From: Takakia lepidozioides
Lineage: Eukaryota; Plantae; Bryophyta
Direction of reading: 5' to 3'
Assembly: GCA_030704615.1 (NCBI GenBank)
Contig: CM060734.1
Location: forward strand, 44,640,001 to 44,704,000
DNA: 64,000 bases
Within the stretch, counting starts at the first letter, position 1; each line of letters starts with the position of its first letter. Of the stretch, positions 1-13,396 are shown one piece after another. The notes below the pieces were generated by a model. That model worked only from the letters and a program-made list of their open reading frames with translations, made no database searches and was not told the origin of the DNA. A program made the position numbers and the translations under genes.

Positions 1-323
1 ACACGGTTTCTCCACCGCATTCATCGTTAAAACTGCAAACTAGAGATACTCCGGGCATGACTTTCACATCCAAGATTGATGTACACTTGGGATATAGATA
101 CAGCTTCTCACAAAGCTGTGCATGCCAGAAATTGAAACTCTTTCACATTCTGGGCCGTGGAAAAGAAACGATTATTTCTTTATTCTGGAGCTCGTGGAAT
201 AACCATTGAGAATTAGCATCACAATCTTGTAGGATCTGGGCGAACAAAGAATCCACAGGAAAGCTAGTCTCCCTCTCCCCTCCTTCCTTCTCTACAAAAA
301 GATCAAAGTTGAAGATTTCATAC

Positions 324-661
324 TTGGCAGCATGCGTGCGTTGGAGCTGGAAGTATCCCGCATACTGCCCTAGCTCTTCGGTGCTTACCGAGGCCCCCGA
401 CTCCCCTTCAATATTCAGATTAAGTCGCTTTTCACGAAGTCCCGGCCCATCCTCCGACGTTGAGCTATCCTCAGAAGCCCCCGGCAACAAGTTCAAAGAT
501 TTGATCATACGCTCAGCTTGACCCTGCGGAAATCGTGGACTGGTTCCAGGACTGAGGTTATAATCTCTAACTGGAACCCTAGGCAAGCGCGCTGATGAAA
601 CACAGAGTGAAAGATGGAGGAGTACTAAAATGGAGAGCCCTATACTGCGTGTGGATGCCAT
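324..661 (-). CDS. Serine carboxypeptidase-like protein (S10 family, SCPL48/49-like), first coding exon; gene continues beyond window start
   Basis: Signal peptide (MASTRSIGLSILVLLHLSLCVSSA), propeptide motif 'QAERMIKSLNLLP', then 'EELGQYAGYFQLQRTHAAK' followed by a GT donor at 323-322. This matches the N-terminus of plant class III SCPLs. Confidence 0.85.
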
Positions 662-1529
662 AGTCGACTCCTCCCTCAGACTCTTTCTTTCTTTCTTTCC
701 TCCTTTTCCTTTCTCCCCCCCCCCCCCAGCCCCGCTTGCTTACAGCTCAAACTTCATAATTCCCTCCCGATTGTTGCTGCTTGATGCCCTCTTCCACAAT
801 TAAATCTGCAATAATCAAAAATTTAGCAATGCGCGTGCTCCATCTTCTCTCCCAGATCATTCGATCATTCGACCAATCCTCCGCGTTCCTCGACAGAATG
901 TCTCGCTTGCCCATCCTCTCTCGCTGCTCTCGATGCAACACCCTGAACCCTGCGCCCCGCACACGTGTCCTGCTCAAACTGCAATATCGCACGTGCGGTC
1001 CTTTCCGACCACACGTCGCAACCTAACAAGCCGTCCACCGACGCGCCGAAAAGCAGGGTTGGGATTCGTGAAGCACTTCATCCCTTTCGCAAACTATTCA
1101 TCCATTTGCCTTTGTAGTGTGAAGCATTTGTCATCTAGCGGCGCCACTCTCGTCCGTCTGTCTTCACACGCATGAAACAGAAAGAGACGTTAGCTCTGTC
1201 GATTTGTGCTTTACCCGGGTAAAGGCGGAGGGGTGTTTAAGTGCTTTTCCTTTTTTGAGAGGGCCAAAAATAGGAGTGCGGGCCACGACTGGGCCGCTGA
1301 AGAAGGGCCACCTGCGTGTGACCCCCACCCAAAGTGGGGTCCGTGTTTAAAGCACCAAAATGGACGACGATGTTATGAGAGCATAATCCGCATTTAAGAC
1401 AGCCCGCTCTAATTTAAGATTAATATTGGATAATTCTAGTTACTTGCTTGATTTGAGGACGGATGAGCTAGTCCCACACCTTACTTGACCAGTCTTGGGC
1501 TAGTACACAAGTAGGAGCCGTGTATCTGC

Positions 1530-2430
1530 CAGTGATGGGCGGTTATTAGGTTTTCAGGGGGGTATGAAACCAGTTGTCAACCCGGTTATCAACATAACCG
1601 GTTATATTGATAACCGCAACCGGCAATTTTTCTTAAAAATGTGATATTGATAACCGGTGGTTTTTTGATAACTGGGCTATATTGATAACCGTAGGTTATA
1701 AGCTGATAGAGAGCTGGATAAGGGAAATAAAAATGCCTATTATGTTATGTGTGTATACATATATTATTTATATTTATTTTAGTGCATGGGATATCTAAGG
1801 GGGGAGGGCTGGTGTAGGCCTTAAATGCGGGCCATGTAGGGGCGGTTGGTAGAACGTGAGCACAAATGGGAATGAGCACTGAAAAACGTAACCTAGGCCT
1901 CAGCAAAAAAAAACACGGCAATAGGGTACACATGTTTTCACGGAAATAGAATTCATGCCAATAGGGTTCCAAAATAGCAGAAATGTTGGTTGTGTGCCTA
2001 TTTCTGTGCCTATCTTTTCCCCTAATTATGTCCCTAAACCCTGAACCCCCATCCCTCCAACCCAACTATGCACCACCGTTTCTGGAGGACCTTCTGGAGC
2101 CCTAACTACCCTATGTAGGTCTTGGGGCGGCCCAGGGAGTGGCAAACCCACCTAGGTGAATTTTGGGGCTGGTAAAAGGTGGGTTGGGCAGGGCCAGTGT
2201 TGGGCGGTTCTTTAAGAAAATTAATAACATGTGGTTCTGGTTATATGATTAATTTGTTTTTTAATAACCTGCGGTTGCGGTTATTTGAAATTTTGTAAAT
2301 TCTAGTAACTTGCCGGCTATCAATAACGAAATTTTTTCACCACTTGCTGGTTATCAATAATCCGGTAATTTCTCGGATGATAACTGGCAGTTACATATAC
2401 CGATTTTCAATTGCCGATAACTAGGATAAA
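1530..2430. mobile_element. Degenerate DNA-transposon end(s), hAT/MITE-like
   Basis: Two similar starts, CAGTGATGGGCGGTT (1530) and CAGTGTTGGGCGGTT (2195), each followed by many ATAACC(GG)/GGTTAT subterminal-type motifs. No matching opposite TIR found. Confidence 0.35.
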
Positions 2431-2599
2431 AACCAATAATTGTATTTAATTTAATAAATATTATGTTTACATATGTATATATTAGGTGATAACTTAATTA
2501 TTTAAGGGGACAGGGCCACTGGAAACACTTTAGGCCCGACGCTGAGCAGAAGAGGATATATCGGAAATTCCAGGAATATTCTTGAAAAGATGCGATGGC

Positions 2600-3040
2600 G
2601 AAACTAAAATGTGCAATTGTGCTCACGCAAACAAATTGTGCTAATGTGAGCAAACTTGTGCCACGCGAAGTTGGGGCATAAGGAATATCCGGTAGATGCC
2701 GTCTCCATCAACGATTTTCGTTGCTTAATAGTTGCATATTTAGTCAAGTGCAGGTGACGCTTGTTGCAATTACGCGAAACTAGAATTATTTCATTCTGTT
2801 TCGCCATGAAAGCATAGGTACCGACATATCGCAATAAGCACATAACAATTCATTAGCAAAATAAAACAATCTCACGTCGTCTCTATATGCAAAACCAAAC
2901 ACAACACATTTTGTTTCGCCTACGAAATCATTGGATAATGACCTAAGCAGCAATACCTAGAAATTTCGCTGGCAAAATCCATTATTTCGCTAACGAAACC
3001 GATATCTTGATTTATTTCGCTACCAAAACCCGTTGTTTGC
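2600..3040. repeat. CGAAA/TTTCGC-rich transposon subterminal-like repeat; related copy at ~23370-23560
   Basis: Repeated TTTCGCT..CGAAACC and TTGTGCTCACG motifs occur in both regions. Confidence 0.4.
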
Positions 3041-6000
3041 CTCATTATATTAAATTGTTCAATTATTATTTGGTATTTGTGTGTTTTGCATGGTGTTGGT
3101 TATTGTGACTTTGTTTTTCCTACTCTGTTATTCTTTTTTAGGATACCAAAGCTACACATATGTGTAGCATGGTCTTTAATCTGCACGATATTTTATGCAC
3201 ATGCATCTGGCAACTGCTTCCACCAAAAGGTTGATAGAATCTTCAGCTGGCCCAAGACTACTAATTTTTGCCACTTGGCAAACAGTTGTTTGATAGAACC
3301 CCCAAAATATGTGATTGGTCATAGGGCTCAAGGTTCACATAAGCATTGGGATTGGTTCAACTTTGTAACCCCAACAACTTTGTGTGGACTTCATGAAATC
3401 ACGCACTTCCAAGTGTGTTGGGATGCCCCCCATGTCGGGCATCTTATCAATTTTATCGGGGTAAAAACGACAAAACAACACCGTTAGATCTTCCGCCATC
3501 GTTAGATGAACGGTCATAGGCCTGTCTACCCTAAGTTAGAGCAGTTATTAACGAAGAGCCTAGTTCTTTACGTGTAGTCATGGGTCTAGGTCCGGTTCAT
3601 GGGCCTCACTACCGTACGTGCGGTTAACATCTGACCAGAGTGGTAGGGCCAACCCTTGGGTCAAAGGAGTTCAAACTTCAAACGGGATCGTGGTGATGAA
3701 ACGCTTAAACCCTAAACTCAGTTTCTGAAGGGCATCCGAGTAGTCTTCAGTGCAGCTCTTGTTTGTCAGATCGTTGTGGGCTTGAGTTGCGGAATAGATG
3801 TCGGGTGTGAGCAGAGGCATGACGAAGTCCTTGATGTGCACTACGAAGTGTGCCCTTCGCTTTTGTAGGAGCAGCGGAGAGGTCGCAGCGGGTTCGAGGC
3901 GGGGCATGGGAAGTACGCCACCATCGATGCCGACTGTTAGATCAGCCCCTTCTTCCAATTCTTGCTCTGCCAAGTCGATTCTTGAGACCCGACGCCCAGC
4001 TTCCTTCTTCTTCAGGTGACTATGTTTTTTTTTCTCATTTTTTGTAAGAAAGAGTAAGTAACTTTGATTCCCAGAGCTGGTACATTTGTTAATTTGGTGG
4101 GGGAAAGAGAGAGAGAGAAAGAGAGAGAATTACACCCAATCTTATCATTACGCAAATCGGCCCCTGACTCCTTTGGATCACCGGCACCCTGAAGTAATTA
4201 ATGATCTTCGGGTAGTTGAAAATTGGGAGAAAAATCCTTCTCAGAGGCTTGGGGGTGATGTCGGGGTAATGTTGTGTGTAAGGAAAGAACCTTTAGCAGT
4301 TACAGCTACAATGTGTATCCAATGCGTCCATGTGAGATAAGCTGCAAAAGAAGCACTCCCGCACTCGCTCTCTCATCTTTTGGGCTTTTGGGAGTTGGGT
4401 GCTGACAGTCTACCTGGGGAGATGGCATGTGCGCTGTCCTTGATGCCATTGCACAGTGCTACGGCTACAACCCGCATGGTGGCTCAGCTCAGCACGACAG
4501 CAGACACTCTGCTCCAGGGTATGGCCATTCCCTGGGTCTCATGTCCATTCTCCTGTTTTTGGCCCTTTATTACTTGTGAACAATGTGCAGGAGTGCCTGG
4601 TTTCATTCACCAGGCTTCCTTGGCGCTGCGAAGACTGACACCCACATCAGTGAAGAAACTTTTAGCCCAGGCTGGGCAGAAGTGAGGTGGCACAAGCCTA
4701 AACATTTGAGTGGTAAATGTCTGCATAATGTGTCCAAAATGTTCTTCTGCGGTTGTGTTGAGTGCATTTAAATGCATTCCTTTAGGTGTCTGTTCAGATT
4801 TGCACCCCCAGAGGCTTGTATTGGCAGGCTTTGACTCAAAACTGAGTCTCTGGTATTTAAGTATCCCTACTACAGTATGGCTGCAAATGGAGAGATGAAC
4901 CTGCTGTATGTCTCTACAAAGTCTTGCTGGAAGCAGTACTCAAAGTATTGTTGGAGTGTAACCTATATCAATCAAGGCACTTATGGAGGAACCATCAAGG
5001 GGCACCAGGTTGTGTCATTTTGGAATGGAGTACTCAACATGGGTTTCATTTGACATGATCAGAATCTGAACTCATTCAATCTAAAGTTACAGCACCACAG
5101 GTGTATACTTCTCATCTTCTGTCTGCCTGGTGTCCCCAAATGCTTGAGATATTGGATATGAAAAAGAGGAAATGTGTCTATTCAAGTGGAAATATCCTGG
5201 GATGTCCAGAGGATAACATGCCACCAATCAGTTCTTGCCTGGGGTAAATTTGAAATTTGTGTTTCTTTGATGAGTTCATTACTATACTTGAATTAAGATG
5301 ACACATAAGTCCTGTCTGGCAACCATTTTAATGGAGACACAGGTAGAGCTGTCTTGTCACATGCACACCACAGAAGATCACTAGGGTACATCATGTCTGT
5401 GACATGTATATTGCATGGCAATGCTGTGTACTTTTTGCTTAGGTGATCGACACATTGATACTGTTTCATCCTTGAGTACATCCTTGAGTACATCTAAGCT
5501 GGAGACTGCTTGTCAGGATTGGTGCTAAGTAGGTCCAACATTTCATCATGAGTGCAGTCTACGTGCAAATCGGTGCACCATACATCTTCATGCATGTAGT
5601 GCATTGGGTTTGTTCCATGCTGTCTAAAGTGGAGTTGGTGTCATGGGTTGCACCTCTCCCTTCTCGTCTTATCACTTTCTTTGTCATGTGTCCAAGGAAT
5701 CTATGTACTGACAGTGGGGCAATTTTTTGTTAGCATACAAGCAGTATAAATTATAAGTGGGTGTCTGCTTTCTGTCAGGAATGTGGATAATTAAGGATTC
5801 TTGACTGCTTGAGGGCCAGAAGCTCTTTGAGCCAGAAGACGGACTGGAGGAGCATCGTACTTGGTCTAGCGCTGTTGCACATGCAAGAGTTGTGGCTTGA
5901 TTGTCTACATGCTAAATTGCTTGCAGCTCATATGGGCTTCTCGAAGGGTGGGTGATGGAGGCGATGGTCTCCAAGTTTTAAAGTCTTCAATGCTGCTGGA

Positions 6001-7099
6001 TTCACCTCGTGTTTCTGCATTTGGGGCTGGTGAGCTGGTGGTCTTATTTCTACAGCTGTGGAGAGTTACGCTGTCGCATGGTGCTTAAGACTTTGTCTTC
6101 AGAGAGAGTTCCTTTAATGTAGATGCCACTTCACATAATATTGTTTTCTTGGTGCTATGTTGCAAACCAGTCTCATTACTTTCCAATATGTTTATATCCA
6201 GTCACCCTGTCCATCCAGTCTGTGTCCCATCCTGATGTCTGTGACTGCTTCGAGGAGATTTTGTTTAGGAGCCGGAGGAAGAAGGGCAAGGCAACCCATG
6301 GGTTTTAATCTTTCACCTGTTGTCAGTCATCAAATGAGCTGTTTGTTGACCTTCGACCTCAAAGTCTAAAAGGCCAGACTGGCTTGTGAAGAAATGTGCA
6401 GCATTGGACTGAAAGGCATTTACAATGAGAAATGTTTCTCAAACTTTTTGGAGGTAGCTTGAACTAGGCACATATCGACATCTTGTTTATGTAAAGATTA
6501 ATACAGGGGGCAGGCTCAGAAAAGAGGATCAAAATACTTCTCTACGAACCACAGGTTAGAGATATAGTTCATTAATACAAATTGTCCACCTTTATTGTTG
6601 TATTGACATCCATGTTAAGTTGGAAAGCCAAAGTATAGAAAGCTGCTGGAGCTTTCAGGGGTGGTTGAGTGAGTTCCTCCAATTGATCATGATGATGTCA
6701 TCATTTTAAGAAACCAAGCAAAGACTCCGCATATATGTATATGTTGCATGAGAGCTTTATGGGTGCTGGCCTATTATAGGCTTGACGAGTCATAGAAGGT
6801 TTGGGACACTTGTGGATATTCTTTGGGTCTTAACTGTGAACTGTTCTTAGGGTTATCAGCCTTGCCTAATTGAAATTGTTGATCCGCTGGCTTCTACCTA
6901 TAATCAGAGAATGACTGTAGGTAGGTGTTCTATACATATCTCGAACCTTCTTAGATTTGAGTTTTCTTGGAAGCATCTTAAGACTTTATTGAAATTGTTC
7001 AAGGGATTTTTTTTAATGTTTTCTTAATTTTTTTGAACATGGGCAGTGGCCCTTGGAACTTTATTTCAGAATCATTTGAAGGGAAAAAATTAAACTCTT

Positions 7100-8227
7100 T
7101 ACAAGCCCGAAGGTTGCCATGAGGCCTAACCACACGGCAAACCGTGTATGAGATACCTCGAACCGTGAACCTAGGACAGTCATCCTCCTAATATTAAGGA
7201 GAATCAAGGAGCAGATAACATTGAGAGAAGAAGAGAGGGCCAGGCCCTCAAACCCTAGAGCAGGGAGAGCGAGCTACCAGTGCAGGTAATGATGCTAGAG
7301 CGGCCATACAAAAATCCAGTGAAATAGAAAGTTTATCTATGGATAGACTTAACAGCGGTCCTAACGTGCTTCCAGTTTATGTTGAATCTGTCGAAGTCAA
7401 GGGGGCCCGAAAAGGGGGGCTCGTCATTGCTGCCAGAAATGAGGAATTGTCACTGTCTACGAACAGGTGTTCGCATCAATGCAGGAGCAGATGAATCCCC
7501 GACTCCCCAAGATTGCCTGAAGGAGGCAAGGAGAGCCGGTCCACATTCTAGATGTCTCTCATACTCTGCACACGATTTCACCCAGGCAGTCAAGGACGAG
7601 AACATGATTGAACACAAACAAGAGATCAGACTAGAGGTACAAGACTAGACAAGAAGACTAGACAAGAAGATTAGACAAGAAGTCAAGGTCGTCGTGGCCG
7701 AATGCATGGTGGGTAAACATGAATCAAGAATTATCTTTTATAACAATGGACAAGAGTACAAGATACTGGAACTCGACTCGAATACTAGAATGCTGGAAAC
7801 TGGACTGGGTACCAGATACTGGATACTAGACTAAAGTACTGGATGCTAGACTGAAATATTGGGACTGGGAACAAGAGTAGCTTGAACTTGTGTTGGCGAG
7901 ACTGAAGAGTGTCCAGTCTCGCCCCCTATATATACTGGCTACTAGGAGGTTCCCTAAGAGGCTTCTCCAAGGAGGTTTCTTGATAGAGAAGTTTCCTTAA
8001 ACAAAGGAGGTATCTTGATGGAGAAGTTTTCTCCAAATGAAACTTCCTAAGCAGTTTCCCAAGTTACTCTCGGTAATTTGGTAAACTCCCGGTAACTTGG
8101 TAACTTATGGTAACTTATGGTAAATCATGATAGATCATGATAGATCACGATAACTTTCGGTAACATGGTAACTTGGTAACTTCTGGTATTTATTCCTGGT
8201 AAGTTCCTTTGGGCTATGTCCGTGACA
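7100..8227 (-). mobile_element. LTR (3' LTR) of Ty3/gypsy chromovirus; left boundary approximate
   Basis: On the minus strand it begins TGTCACGG at 8227, directly after a polypurine tract (GAGGAGGGGGTGA, 8228-8240). Contains a TATATATA box and GGTAAC repeats. A near-identical partial copy lies at 22747-23131. Confidence 0.75.
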
Positions 8228-8790
8228 TCACCCCCTCCTCTAGCGCCGAGTTCCTCGAGGAGCGATAAAATCTTGGACTTGCTTAGAGTTAGAAAACCTC
8301 CCTTCTTAGTGTGTATCAGATACACTGAATGTGGAGTCTTCACCTTGAAGCTAACTTGGCTGACATCATCGTTGTGGCGTCTTATTGACGTGTAGCTCGG
8401 GGCTTAGTTAGATATCGTTGATGAAACTCTTGGACTTTGTCAGATGCATTGGCAAGATTGGATGAAAGTTCCCACGTTCGTTCGCTGATGCCGTAGCCTT
8501 TCCAATGTACGAAATACTCAAGACGTTTATATTTGATGCGAAAGTCTAGGACTTTGTCGACTTCATACTTGATTTCCTGATTGACTTCAATTGGTGGAGG
8601 TGGTACGGAGACTCTCCCTGGAATATCCGATAAATGATACAACTCCAATTTGTAAAACGATTTACAATAACAAAGATTGAATCGGTGGTCTTGGAAACTG
8701 GAAGGTCCGTAATAAAGTCCATAGACACGGACGACCATGGACCATTGGGAATGGGTAACGGGTTGAAATCGGGGCTGCAGGCAGCAGCCA
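8228..8790 (-). mobile_element. Ty3/gypsy chromovirus remnant: integrase N-part fused by deletion to chromodomain, plus PPT
   Basis: PLPIPNGPWSSVSMDFITDLP..DSIFVIVNRFT (integrase) and PPPPIEV..YEVDKVLDFR..LEYFVHWKGY..RTWE..NL (chromodomain). Confidence 0.9.
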
Positions 8791-9339
8791 CCTCATAGCG
8801 CAAAATCCCATAGGTCTTCTCAGCCCATATCCCAATCTGCATGCTCAAGAAGCTTCAAAGTAGGTGAGGATCCTCACATGGTCCCATCACAAGCCCCCAC
8901 AAAAACCAACAGGTTAGTGAGGATTGTGGAACCCCAGGTGAATCACAGACCCTCACACTTGTCACGACTAATAAACTCAAAAGCAAGAGAAAGAGATAAG
9001 AACATGAGAATCCCTAAACTCCAAAGGCACCTTAAGCGATTGGGGAAGAGGGTTATGCGCCATCACCACCCGCAGCAAGCCGCCTCCACAAAGCACATAA
9101 GCAATGAAGCAAAGCAAGCACAATCGCAAGGCACTAGAAAGGAGGGAGAGAACTTCCCATCATAAGTATCATTGCTAAGCACAGAAAAAGCCAGAGGAGA
9201 GAAGATGCCACTGCATTCAAAACGGTGTTTCCCGCTACAAGAGAGACAAGGTGTCGCCTTCGCGCCCCCCCAGGCGCTCGTCCAGCATGGGTACGACACC
9301 ACAAACGGGGCAGCCACCGAAGCACGTCCGCCATAACAC

Positions 9340-10030
9340 TTTCATCGCGAGCTCAGAAGCACATCGCGTGCTTCTGACAGCGGGAGAGACGACATAGGGT
9401 TGTCCCCCGATTATTCATCCGTGGATGAAAAACAGTAGGACGAATCCGTATACCCTGACGGATTTCATCCGCAGCAAGGTTAAAAATAGGTTTTGGGGTA
9501 GGGGTTAGGATTTCCACCGTAATTAATCATAATTAGGGGTAGTAAAGATCAATTCCAGGCCATAATCACATCATCCATAGACAGATCACTTGTGTCAGGA
9601 TGAAAAAGTAGGGAATATCATCCGTGGCAGCGCCTTACCTCCATCTAGGTAATTCTATCATTCCTCACCAGACCATGCGGTATCAATAAAAGAGGAATGA
9701 AAAATTATCACCCTGATAGTTTTTCATCCAATACGGATGGAAAAACAGGATGTTGTTGGCAATCTCCATAGAGGTAATTCTTTTCTTCCATGGTGACTCA
9801 TCCGATATGGATGAGAGTCAATAAAGGAGGAATGAAAAGGCCAAAAGAACCATCCTAGAGGTAATTCAGTGTCCATCCTGGTGGCTCATCCGGTATGGAT
9901 GAAAAACCCTGATAGAGGATGGGAAAACAAGAAGTCAACACTGATAGCAAACTGCCAATTCCTAGTAGAGAGGGAGAGAGAGGGTGAGAGGGGGAGTGAG
10001 AAGGAGACATCTCTCGGGGAAACAAAAAGG
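9340..10030. mobile_element. TIR-array element W (diverged, truncated; right end only)
   Basis: GGATGAAA/TTTCATCC motif cluster ending in a GA-rich 'GAGAGGGAGAGAGAGGG..GGAAACAAAAAG' terminus, like 12700-13270. Confidence 0.5.
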
Positions 10031-10764
10031 ACAGATCCTACCTCTGTCAGGGGCTGACGTTAGTAGTAAGACTTACCTTCACATATAGAATTAATCCGGG
10101 TTTTCCAGATATTCTCTACAAATCCCTTCACACACGCATCAATCTGTTGTGTGTGAGTTGCCCAAGAACTAGGCCTCAGAAGGGGCTGGGCTTTTGGCTC
10201 AGCCTCGACTTTTTCAAAGTTAGTAAACAGAGGTACATGCACAATTCTCTTGATAGATTTGAAGAGAGCGTCTCTTTGGTGAGAGAACCCCGGACAGTGT
10301 ATCAGAAAATGAGTACTATCTTCAAATTGCCCACACAACGGGCAATTGCACTTTCCATTTCCTCTCTGCTTCTGTTTGTTATTCAAAGGTAGGCTTCCTG
10401 CCCTGAGTTTAAATTTCAATCTAGTGCCCAGAGTGGATAGACCCTTGAAGTCATCCAAGATGTCCTCCCCCATGTCACTGACTGGAAACAAGTTCAGGGA
10501 AGTTTTTTGCCTAACTTCATTTTTATCAGACAATCTCATGGCAACAGACATGGTTGGACACTACAGCCTCTAAGTCATATTTATCCAGCAAGGTGAAGAC
10601 TTGTGGTTCCAGGTCCAGGTCTTTGCGAATCTCTTCTACTGTCTTCTGCCAGGACTTAGCCAGTTTGACAGGTCGGTGGGCGGTCATGTTTCCAAGATAT
10701 AGAGTCGATTAACTGTGGATATCTGGTGTTGGACATATGCTGTAGCTGACCCCACCATCTGACC
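10023..10764 (-). mobile_element. RTE/RTEX-like LINE internal 3' fragment
   Basis: Encodes [28 protein letters not shown]. Same family as 41585-44251 but lacks its terminal ~60 bp. Confidence 0.85.
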
Positions 10765-13302
10765 TCCCCCCCCCCAACCCATTTTTTTTTCATTGTTGCC
10801 CCCTCTCCCCCTCTGTCTCCCTCTCTCCCTCTCCCTCTCTCTTATTAACTTTTTCTACCCCATTTTTCTCTCTGTGGTTTTTTTTTTTTGTGAGGAGCAC
10901 GAAAGAAAGGGAAGATACTTTTTGTCATGTCAAGACAAACACATGACCCCTAGGGTCGTTGTCATGAAAGAATAAATAGACATATCAGCCACTTAACAGT
11001 GGCACCATCCATCAATCATCAAGCTTAGAAAATCCAGAATTACATCCATGCACAGTAATGTATTCATGTCAGTATGATTCATAATCCAGAGAGTATGCCA
11101 CTGATGCTGATTGATCATCAGTCAAGATCATGATACACTTACATAGGTCTGGGTGGGATGGCGGGTACTTGGCCATATTTTGGCCTTGATGTGGTGCAGG
11201 TCACATAGTCATACAGATTTACTGTCTGCAAGCTGTAATCCAAGCATACTTACTAAAACCCCATGGGTGTCATGGAGGGTTTTCTTAAAAAAGAAATGAA
11301 CACTTGGATATCACAGATTTAAATACCTTGCCTTGCCAGTATTTGTTTAGACTGGTGTGCAGTACAGCTTGTCCCCACAGGGGATGTGGATATGTCTGGT
11401 AAGTTTTCCAGAACACCCCTATACCTTTATTTCTTGCTACAGCTGAAAATCAAAGCTCATGACAAAGCAAGGTAAATATAAAGGACTGCATATACATCCT
11501 GTGACAGTATATGGTACTGTCAGTACACCCTTCACATCATTCTACATTTGACCATGTCATAACACCATGTCCAGGGGGTATTTCCACTTGAACACCCTGG
11601 CTGCCTCAAAAACCAATTACCATTTATATTACTGCCATATTTCAGTGTCAGCCGAATAGCCACAGGCAAAAATTTCACCATACCCTGGCCTAAGCATCTA
11701 GCTAATCAAAGTCATCTGGGTTGGAACATAACAGGGGCCTTTTAAACATAGGTACCCGAGTAGCTGCAACAAACAGTTCTTTGCAGCCTCTCAATTTGTT
11801 TCCAACTACCATAAGGTAATCAAAGCAAACTAGGGCTTGGAAAACAGATGTGTGTCTCTCACACAAGCCATCATAAACCTGACTGTCACATCATAACAGA
11901 GTCTTTTCCATTGGTTGGGCCGAACTAGCCCATCGTATAAAGCATTACACTTGTTCTTCAAAAATCAAGGAAGGAAAGAGGCAGGATCAAGAAAAACCAT
12001 AGAGTAGTTTAGTTTTTCAACATTTTAGGATGAGTCCCTAGCAAACGATTCCTTCCCCTGCTCTGCAATCCCACTTGGCATCCAACAGCACCTAGACATT
12101 AGAATATTAAGTGGAAGCCCTCACCTGTGCCCGTCCCAAAAACAACCACAACGCATTGTGAGTTAATGAGGATGCACGAGGTGAGTAGCAGGCTTCCACA
12201 CTTGCTATCGAGGTCAAATACACTTCAATTTAAGCGCAGAGAATGCCAAAGGAAACAATGAAGCAAAATCAACAAAAAAAAAAAAAAATTTACTGTTTGG
12301 GGGAGAGTCGTCATCTCTCCACAAACCTAACCGTGCATGGAGGACTCCGCCAGCACCACAACACTGCTACCTTAACCAAAGCAAGATCTTGCCAAGCACA
12401 AGAAAAAGAAAGCTCGGTTTCAACAGATAGGGTTTATAAAGGGAGGGAGAGAGACTTCCTTGTGCCGCCATTCATCAAAGATCCAGAGGAGGGCTCTTAG
12501 GGAAACGTCATAGGCATGCAGGTGGTGCCTCCGCCATCACTGCCGCGGTTCCCTTGTGCAGCAAAAAAACAAACAACTGAGACAGGGAGTCTTCCCTCAT
12601 CTCTAAGCCACCGCCACCGCCTTAAAGAGCTTGCCCAAGCGTCGCTCACATGAGCCATAAACACTCAACGATTGGCAGCTCAAGGTATCTGCAACACGAG
12701 CACCATCGCTCCTCACAAGCCGCCATCGCGCGCGCTCTCACTGCGCAAAAAGAAAGACATTAGGGTTGCGCAGGATTTTCCCTTGTCTGGCCCATCGTCC
12801 ATCCTTCTCAGGATGAAAAACATCCACCAGTCTATCCGTCCGACGGACGTTGTCCGTTTCTCATTCGTGGAAGATGAAAGACATCGTGCTTTTCATCTTG
12901 TCTTGCACTTCAACGGATGTAGTCCGTATTTCATCTACGTTAGATGAAAACCACGGGGGATTTTTTATATATTAAAAAATTGTCTTGCCCTGTATTTAGG
13001 TCCTGTCAGATGAAGTCCTTTTTTCATCCAGGTTGGATTGAAAAAGTAGAAACTGACGGGAGTTTCACAGATTTTTTAGTGAAGAAATATTTCACTAAAA
13101 ATATATATATAGTTTTAAAAAAAAAATTGGATAAAGGACATCCAAAATTCCCAGCAACCCAATTTTGCTATTTGTTTCCAATTTCCTCAAGGATGGAAGT
13201 CGGGACAACAATTCCATAAGCCCAGTGTCCAGAGGGAGAGAGAGGGAGAGATCAGGAAACAAAAAGAAAAAGAGGAAGGTGGGGGGTGGGGGAGTGACTG
13301 AG
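10765..13302. mobile_element. TIR-array element X (non-autonomous deletion derivative); left arm of long inverted repeat
   Basis: Type-A end remnant (TTGTTGCCCCCTCTC) at ~10793 and type-B end terminating GTGACTGAG at 13302. Near-identical to the reverse complement of 19614-22070. Confidence 0.7.
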
Positions 13303-13396
13303 TAGCAGCTACTCAGTCACTCCCCCACCCCCGCCCCCCCCCCCCACCTTTTGTTTTTTCTTTGTTGCCCCCTCTCTCCCTCTCTCCCTCTCTCTA
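13235..13396. repeat. Hairpin at junction of two abutting element ends
   Basis: Perfect 25-bp stem 13282-13306 / 13308-13332 (GGGGGTGGGGGAGTGACTGAGTAGC-A-GCTACTCAGTCACTCCCCCACCCCC), extended by imperfect GA/CT-rich arms. Confidence 0.9.

Noticed and set aside
8960-9338. Solo LTR (TGTCACG..TAACA)
   Set aside because: With TG..CA ends the flanks do not form a TSD. ACACT repeats only if the element ends in TA. Unresolved.
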